Translations under genes and position numbers: made by a program
Notes under the pieces: model-generated
Databases searched by the model: none
The model's input: only the letters and a program-made list of their open reading frames with translations
What the model was told of the DNA's origin: nothing
DNA from: Actinomycetota bacterium
GTDB lineage: Bacteria; Actinomycetota; Acidimicrobiia; Actinomarinales; Actinomarinaceae
DNA: 64,000 bases
Direction of reading: 5' to 3'
Assembly: GCA_014384285.1 (NCBI GenBank)
Contig: JACNGE010000009.1
Span: 13,799 to 77,798 of the forward strand
Part shown: positions 58,082 through 64,000 of the stretch, in pieces
Numbering within the stretch: position 1 is the first letter of the stretch
Layout of the letters: each line of letters opens with the position of its first letter

Positions 58082-59947
58082 ATGGAAGAACCTACCTTAG
58101 CTACAGATAAAAAAACTGTTGAGTCTATTCCTGCTATTACAATCAGATTTGCTGGAGACTCTGGAGATGGTATGCAGCTTATAGGAACAAGATTTACCGA
58201 CACTTCTGCTTTGTTTGGAAATGACCTCGCAACACTTCCCTCTTTTCCAGCAGAAATAAGAGCACCTCAGGGAACAATTGCTGGGGTATCCTCATTCCAA
58301 GTTCAAATTGCTGACTTTGATATCTTAACCCCTGGTGACAATCCTGAAGTACTTGTAGCAATGAATCCAGCGGCATTGAAAGCACACCTTCATGATTTAG
58401 CACCTAATGGGATGCTTATTTTAAATGAAGATGCTTTCGAAGAAAAAAATATAACTAAAGCTGGATATAAACTTGATCCTCGTGAGTCAGGAGAATTAGA
58501 TGGCTACAGAGTTTTTGAAGTCCCAATGGAAAAATTAACAAAAGAAGCATTAAAAGATTCTGAAATAAAAGGTCGTGCAGTCCTCAGGTCAAAGAATATG
58601 ATCGCATTGGGTTTAATTTCATGGGTTTTCAACAGACCTTTAGAAGACACTGTAAATTGGATTAATAAAAAATTTGAGAAACTACCTGAAGTAGCAGATG
58701 CTAATATAAAAACTTTGAAAACTGGTTATAACTTTGGAATAACCGTTGAGGCTTTTCACCATACTTATGTTGTAGATAAAGCAAAACTTCCAGCTGGGGA
58801 ATACACGAATATAAATGGAAATATCGGTTTAAGTTGGGGACTAGTTGCAGCTGCTAAGCTTTCTGAATTAGAACTTTTTTATGGAAGTTATCCCATAACT
58901 CCAGCGTCTGACATTCTGCATGAACTTTCTAAACATAAAAATTTTGATGTTATCACCTTTCAAGCTGAAGATGAGATTGCTGCAGCTGCGGCAACAGTGG
59001 GAGCATCGTTTACTGGAAAGCTCGCAGTTACAGGCACTAGTGGTCCTGGTTTAGCTCTAAAAAGTGAGACTATTTCTTTAGCCTTATCAGCAGAACTTCC
59101 TATGGTAATTGTGAATGTACAACGTGGAGGACCTTCAACAGGCCTACCGACAAAACCAGAACAATCAGATTTACTATTTGCACTATACGGCAGACATGGA
59201 GAATCACCTTTACCTGTGCTTGCATCAAGATCACCATCTCATGCTTTTTACACAGCTATAGAAGCTTCAAGAATAGCTCTCAAATACATGACTCCTGTAA
59301 TACTGCTTTCAGATAACTATGTTGCAACTGGGTCTGAACCGTGGTTGCTTCCCGACTACAAGGATTTACCATCCTTAAGTAACAACTTAACAACTAAGTT
59401 AAACTCCAAAGATGGTTTTCTACCTTTTCATAGGGATATGACAACTTTTGCTCGACCTTGGGCAACACCAGGTACTCCCGGACTTGAGCATCGTATAGGT
59501 GGACTCGAGAAAGAAGAAGGTACTGGTAATGTCTCATACGACAGTGACAATCACCAATATATGACGGATATGAGAGCTTGGAAGATTGCAAATATAGCAA
59601 ATGATATTGAGCCACTTGAACTAAATGGTGACGAAAAGGCTGATACATTAGTTTTAGGCTGGGGGTCAACGTATGGAGGAATAACTCAAGCTGTTAACAG
59701 ACTTAATGAAAAGGGAGTAAAGGTAGCTAGTGCACATCTCACCTTCATCAATCCGTTCCCAGATAACTTAGGAGAGATTCTTTCAAGTTTTAAAACAGTA
59801 ATAATTCCAGAATTAAACACTGGTCAATTAATCAAACTGATAAGAGAGAGATTTTTAATTGATGCAAAGGGTATTAATAAAGTTGCTGGAGTTCCATTTA
59901 CAGCACAAGAGTTAGCAGATAAAATAGAGGAAAAAATTAATGAGTAA
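58082..59947 (+). CDS. korA: 2-oxoacid:ferredoxin oxidoreductase alpha subunit
   Basis: AGDSGDGMQ, FPAEIRAP.GT, YPITPAS, QAEDE, TSGPG, QRGGPSTGLPTK. Confidence 0.93.
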   Translation: MEEPTLATDKKTVESIPAITIRFAGDSGDGMQLIGTRFTDTSALFGNDLATLPSFPAEIRAPQGTIAGVSSFQVQIADFDILTPGDNPEVLVAMNPAALKAHLHDLAPNGMLILNEDAFEEKNITKAGYKLDPRESGELDGYRVFEVPMEKLTKEALKDSEIKGRAVLRSKNMIALGLISWVFNRPLEDTVNWINKKFEKLPEVADANIKTLKTGYNFGITVEAFHHTYVVDKAKLPAGEYTNINGNIGLSWGLVAAAKLSELELFYGSYPITPASDILHELSKHKNFDVITFQAEDEIAAAAATVGASFTGKLAVTGTSGPGLALKSETISLALSAELPMVIVNVQRGGPSTGLPTKPEQSDLLFALYGRHGESPLPVLASRSPSHAFYTAIEASRIALKYMTPVILLSDNYVATGSEPWLLPDYKDLPSLSNNLTTKLNSKDGFLPFHRDMTTFARPWATPGTPGLEHRIGGLEKEEGTGNVSYDSDNHQYMTDMRAWKIANIANDIEPLELNGDEKADTLVLGWGSTYGGITQAVNRLNEKGVKVASAHLTFINPFPDNLGEILSSFKTVIIPELNTGQLIKLIRERFLIDAKGINKVAGVPFTAQELADKIEEKINE

Positions 59948-60956
59948 AGTGCCTGTAAGTTACAAGAGAACAGATCTTCAAAGCGATCAAGAAGTCAAGT
60001 GGTGTCCTGGTTGTGGTGATTATACTATTTTAGCTTCAGTGCAAAGCTTTATGGCTGAAATGGGAATCAGTAAAGAAAAAATAGTTTTTGTTTCTGGTAT
60101 TGGCTGTGCGGCGAGATTTCCTTATTACATGAATACTTATGGGCTTCATACAATTCATGGTAGAGCGCCAGCTGTAGCAACAGGTGTCACTGTGTCAAAC
60201 CCTGATCTATCAGTATGGGTGGTCTCTGGTGATGGTGATGCTCTGTCAATAGGTGGAAACCACCTCATTCATGCTCTACGAAAAAATGTAAACATTAAGA
60301 TTTTGATGTTTAATAATCAAATTTATGGACTAACAAAGGGTCAGTACTCCCCTACAAGTGAAGAGGGTAAAAAGACTAAATCTTCGCCATTCGGCTCTGT
60401 TGAGCTTCCATTCAACCCTATGAGCATAGCTCTTGGAGCTGAAGCATCTTTTGTTGCTAGGTCAGTTGATATGGATAGGGAATTAACAGCTCAAGTGCTG
60501 CAAGAAGCATCAACACATAATGGTTCTGCTTTTGTAGAAATATATCAAAATTGTAATGTTTTCAACGATAAAGCTTTTGAACAATTAACCTCCAAAGAAG
60601 GTAGGGTTGCAAATCGAATTAACCTAGTTCATGGAGAAAAAGTAATTTTTGGAGCAGAAGATGAGTTTGCAGTAACTATTGAAAATGGAGAAGCCAAAGT
60701 TGTAAAAAGAACAGACATCGATGACTCAAAAATATACGTTCACGATATCACAAGAGAAAATCCATCTGTAGCTTTTTCTCTATCTAGATTGTCACATGGT
60801 CCATATGGACCTACTCCAATGGGAGTTTTCAGGAAAGTTCAACGTGAAACTTACAATGATGATGTAATTAACCAAATAAATTTTGCTAAAGACTCTAAAG
60901 GTGCCGGAGATGTTGATAAACTTATTAGGTCTTTGGGCACTTGGAACGTAGATTAG
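59940..60956 (+). CDS. korB: 2-oxoacid:ferredoxin oxidoreductase beta subunit
   Basis: WCPGCGD, SGIGC, HGRA, GDGD...IGGN, NN.IYGLTKGQ.SPT. Confidence 0.93.
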   Translation: MSKVPVSYKRTDLQSDQEVKWCPGCGDYTILASVQSFMAEMGISKEKIVFVSGIGCAARFPYYMNTYGLHTIHGRAPAVATGVTVSNPDLSVWVVSGDGDALSIGGNHLIHALRKNVNIKILMFNNQIYGLTKGQYSPTSEEGKKTKSSPFGSVELPFNPMSIALGAEASFVARSVDMDRELTAQVLQEASTHNGSAFVEIYQNCNVFNDKAFEQLTSKEGRVANRINLVHGEKVIFGAEDEFAVTIENGEAKVVKRTDIDDSKIYVHDITRENPSVAFSLSRLSHGPYGPTPMGVFRKVQRETYNDDVINQINFAKDSKGAGDVDKLIRSLGTWNVD

Positions 60957-60960
60957 TCTT

Positions 60961-61593
60961 TTATTCGTCTAAATAATCAATCTGATCTGTAGGCATAATT
61001 AATGCTGTACTGGCATTAATTATATGAGATACGATTCTCTTTAAATATCTAAAAAATAATGTAGAGGCAACTGGAAATTGTATTTCATCTTTATTTTCTA
61101 AAAGATTAGTAATTCTATTGTCTAAATCAGATGATATAGATGATCCTAGAGTAATTAAATCCTGAACTTTTGATTCATCATCCAGGGCCAAGCAGGACTG
61201 AAGATACACAATTAATTTTCCAATATCATTTCTTAGCTCAATATAGGAGTCCAAATCATCACCTTTTACAAAAGTATTTCCTGTTTCAGCAATTTCAAAA
61301 AGGTTCTTGCAGTAATCCCCGATTCTCTCTATATCTTTTGACATAGTCATATAAGAAAGAAGAAGAGGTATATCAAGATTTCTTGAATTTACAGCAGAAT
61401 GAACAATCATCTCTCTTCTTACTTCGCGGTGTAACTCATTAATAGCTTTATCGGTACTGTATAAATCATCTCTCACTGAATCTAGGTTGGTATCACCAAG
61501 TAGGCAGTTCATAGCTGTGTCAAAAATGTGCATGCTATTAGTGAGCATTTCACTTAGTTTTGCATCTATATTGTCTAATGATTCTTTACTCAT
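60961..61593 (-). CDS. PhoU domain protein
   Basis: D..IN...R, KDIERIGDY.KN, RYLKRI.SH..N helical repeats. Confidence 0.8.
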   Translation of the reverse strand: MSKESLDNIDAKLSEMLTNSMHIFDTAMNCLLGDTNLDSVRDDLYSTDKAINELHREVRREMIVHSAVNSRNLDIPLLLSYMTMSKDIERIGDYCKNLFEIAETGNTFVKGDDLDSYIELRNDIGKLIVYLQSCLALDDESKVQDLITLGSSISSDLDNRITNLLENKDEIQFPVASTLFFRYLKRIVSHIINASTALIMPTDQIDYLDE

Positions 61594-61601
61594 TTTTCTC
61601 C

Positions 61602-62738
61602 TTAATTAAATATTACTACGCCCAGTAGTGGAAGTAATAAAAATGTAACCAATACATAAAGTATTGCAATATACCTTCTTTTAGCAGTTATAACACTGAG
61701 TCTTTTTGCCAAATTAATTGGAAAATTCCTTACGGCTTTTACTGGATAAACAATAATGACACCAATTAAGTTAAAAAATACATGATGGAGTGCAATAGTT
61801 AATCCTGCTGGATCGTCAACAGCAAAGCTAGCTAAAACAGCTGTAATTGTTGTGCCAATATTTGCACCAAGGGTTATTGGAAAAGCATTTTCAATAGATA
61901 GGATTCCTGAACCAACAATTGGCACAAGGATTGATGTGGTGATACTTGAGCTTTGTACTGAGAAGGTAATTAAGATTCCAATTAATATTGCAAAAAGTCC
62001 CCCACCCCTTGCAAGAGCTTTATCTAATCCAAATTCAATTTGATTGAGCATGAGAGATTTCATATTAGATACAACATTTCTTAGGCTCAAGAAAATAAAT
62101 GCTATTGCAATAATAATTAAAAGAACTGCATAGACCCTATAAGAGTTTTCACTTAGATTGCCTATAAATGGGATAGAAGATAATCCGTCTAATAGATTAT
62201 TTGAACCCCACTTAATTCCTGCCTTAATTGGACTATTTGGTTTAGTTGCTGTAAAACCTGTGGCGATAATAAAATCTGTTCCATTTTCAGCCATCTTTGT
62301 TATAAACCCTGTATATAAATCAAGGGGGAAAAGTATTATTACCACTAATAAATTAAAAAAGTCATGCATCGTTGAGGCTGCAAATGCTCTTTTAAATTCC
62401 TGTTCTCTTCTTACGTGTCCAAAAGAGACTAAGGTATTAGTTACAGTTGTTCCAATATTTGCTCCCATAACCATCGGTATTGCATATTCCAAGCTGAGGA
62501 CTCCACTTCCAACTAAACCAACAATTGTTGCAGTAGTAACAGAGGAAGATTGCACTAAAACTGTACATAAAATTCCAACCAGTAAACCAGCAAAAGGATT
62601 CGATACTGACTCAAAAAGTGCATCTGTGTATTCTGCACCTAAAGTTTTGATTCCTTTTTCAAGAAGTTTGATTGATACAAGGAAGAAGTAGAGGAAAAAT
62701 ATTGCAAAGCTTAAATTTTTTAAAGATTTTAAATTCAT
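61602..62738 (-). CDS. Na+/phosphate cotransporter (NptA/SLC34-like)
   Basis: Two QSSS repeats, each followed by GANIGTT; HDFFN and H..FN. Confidence 0.92.
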   Translation of the reverse strand: MNLKSLKNLSFAIFFLYFFLVSIKLLEKGIKTLGAEYTDALFESVSNPFAGLLVGILCTVLVQSSSVTTATIVGLVGSGVLSLEYAIPMVMGANIGTTVTNTLVSFGHVRREQEFKRAFAASTMHDFFNLLVVIILFPLDLYTGFITKMAENGTDFIIATGFTATKPNSPIKAGIKWGSNNLLDGLSSIPFIGNLSENSYRVYAVLLIIIAIAFIFLSLRNVVSNMKSLMLNQIEFGLDKALARGGGLFAILIGILITFSVQSSSITTSILVPIVGSGILSIENAFPITLGANIGTTITAVLASFAVDDPAGLTIALHHVFFNLIGVIIVYPVKAVRNFPINLAKRLSVITAKRRYIAILYVLVTFLLLPLLGVVIFN

Positions 62739-62760
62739 ATTCCGTACAAATTATATATGA

Positions 62761-62810
62761 GTTTAAATTAAATTAAATTTAGATTTACTGTGTGTTTACT
62801 TGACGTTTAC
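62761..62810. promoter_or_regulatory. PHO-box-like 11-bp periodic repeats upstream of the Na/Pi cotransporter
   Basis: GTTTAA, ATTAAA, ATTTAC, GTTTAC, GTTTAC at 62761, 62772, 62783, 62794, 62805; TATAAT lies just downstream on the minus strand. Confidence 0.55.
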
Positions 62811-63500
62811 TTTTGAAAATATTATTGAAAATGTTGAACCAAAACTAAGTTTGCTATCTATTTCAATTCTTGCATTATTTCTATCAATAGCATGTTTAAC
62901 AATTGCTAAACCTAACCCAGTCCCCCCTAGCTTTCGAGACCTGCCTTTATCTACTCTATAAAATCTTTCAAATATCTTTTCTTGATCTGCTTGAGATATT
63001 CCAGACCCATAATCTTGAAAAGAGCAAATTATCTCAGAACTACTTTCCTCAGTCTTAATAAATATATTTTCTTCAGGGGGTGAGTACTTAAGAGCATTTT
63101 TGATTAAATTTTTAACAGCAATGGAGATATCATCATAATTTGCATAAATCTCAACTTTTGTTTTTTTATATCCCACTCTCTTCTTATTTTGTTTCGAAAG
63201 ATATGAAATCTCATTTGAAATCACATCATGTAAATCTACTACTTCCATTTCAACATCTGAAGTTTCCATTAAAGAAAGATCTAGCAAATCAGAAATCAAT
63301 TCGTTCATGCGATCTGAATCCCTAAGAATTTGCTCTAAAAATGATTGTGCCATTCCATCATTTAGTTTTAAAGACCTGAGTGCGGATTCAGCTGCAAGTC
63401 TCACAGAAGCTATAGGAGTTTTTAACTCATGAGAAGCATTTGCTATAAACTCTTCTTTAATTCTTGTGATCTCTAAGAATTCTTCTGTATTATCATTCAT
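62796..63500 (-). CDS. SenX3/PhoR-like histidine kinase reduced to DHp and CA domains
   Basis: EFIANASHELKTP (H-box at residue 24), NL..NA.KY, D.G.GI, IFERFYRVDKGRSR, GGTGLGLAIVKH. Confidence 0.88.
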   Translation of the reverse strand: MNDNTEEFLEITRIKEEFIANASHELKTPIASVRLAAESALRSLKLNDGMAQSFLEQILRDSDRMNELISDLLDLSLMETSDVEMEVVDLHDVISNEISYLSKQNKKRVGYKKTKVEIYANYDDISIAVKNLIKNALKYSPPEENIFIKTEESSSEIICSFQDYGSGISQADQEKIFERFYRVDKGRSRKLGGTGLGLAIVKHAIDRNNARIEIDSKLSFGSTFSIIFSKVNVK

Positions 63501-64000
63501 CGATAAGTTTGTATCCCATACCTCTTATAGTCGTAAGTCTTTTTGGTTTTTTAGGATTTTCCTCTAATCTTTCTCTAATTCTTTGTATATGCACATCAAG
63601 CGTTTTGGAGTTTCCGGCAAAACTATAACCCCACACTTGATCAAATAATTCCTCTCTTGAAACTAAGTTACCAGCATTGTCACATAAATAATAAAGTAAT
63701 TCAAACTCTCTGGGTCTTAAGTCAATAAGCTCTCCCTTTACTTTTGCTTCATATCTAAGTGGACTTATTTCAATATCCCCAACAATTATTTTGTCATTAT
63801 CTGCAAAATTACCTTTTTGACTTCCATTTGTAGGAGGTGAAAACTGCGATCTTCTCATGACAGCTTTGACACGGCTAATTAACTCTTTAACAGAAAAAGG
63901 TTTTGTAATATAATCATCCGCACCTATTTCTAAACCTGTAATTTTATCTACTTCATCATCTCTTGCGGTCACCATTATTATTGGAACATTTGATGTTTTC
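63493..64000 (-). CDS. OmpR-family response regulator, RegX3/PhoP-like (5' end outside the window)
   Basis: PIIMVTAR, GLE.GADDYITKPF, REFELL, VWG, TLDVHI.R.R, TIRG.GY. Confidence 0.9.
   Translation of the reverse strand, partial: KTSNVPIIMVTARDDEVDKITGLEIGADDYITKPFSVKELISRVKAVMRRSQFSPPTNGSQKGNFADNDKIIVGDIEISPLRYEAKVKGELIDLRPREFELLYYLCDNAGNLVSREELFDQVWGYSFAGNSKTLDVHIQRIRERLEENPKKPKRLTTIRGMGYKLIDE

Noticed and set aside
708-63325. Many 60-180 aa antisense or alternate-frame ORFs (for example 15463..15894, 28038..28433, 62158..62691)
   Set aside because: They lie within well-supported genes, lack motifs, and have the composition expected of shadow frames.
1-64000. CRISPR arrays, IS elements, prophage, defence systems, frameshifts or recoding
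   Set aside because: I saw no spaced repeats, transposase or phage motifs, or broken ORFs by eye. Subtle cases cannot be excluded without computation.

Overview
AT-rich (roughly one third GC by eye), very densely packed bacterial chromosome segment. It carries about 64 CDS and three tRNAs, and I found no prophage, IS, integrase or CRISPR. The gene set and synteny are actinobacterial: iscS-mnmA-ligA next to gatCAB, FAH-gltX-tRNA-Glu/Gln, cofC, sodN/sodX, korAB, a regX3/senX3-like pair, and deoC with two ALDHs. Together with low GC and pervasive gene overlaps, this suggests a streamlined marine Acidimicrobiia such as Ca. Actinomarina (inference). Functions include fatty-acid oxidation, maltodextrin uptake and catabolism, K+/cation antiport, central and amino-acid metabolism, ammonium assimilation, Ni-SOD, and phosphate uptake and regulation. 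The most notable points are these. (1) A minimal Pho module: a sensorless histidine kinase, a Na/Pi cotransporter and PhoU, with an 11-bp-periodic PHO-box-like array. (2) An amt-gltB unit with no adjacent gltD or glnK, carrying a GlnR-like box and a structured intergenic RNA candidate. (3) An identical 11-mer at the same offset upstream of gltB and ilvE. (4) A Cys-rich micro-protein linking sodX to korAB. (5) A proteobacterial-like ychF. (6) Leaderless-type promoters with coupled minigenes. All product calls come from motif recognition, with no database searches.
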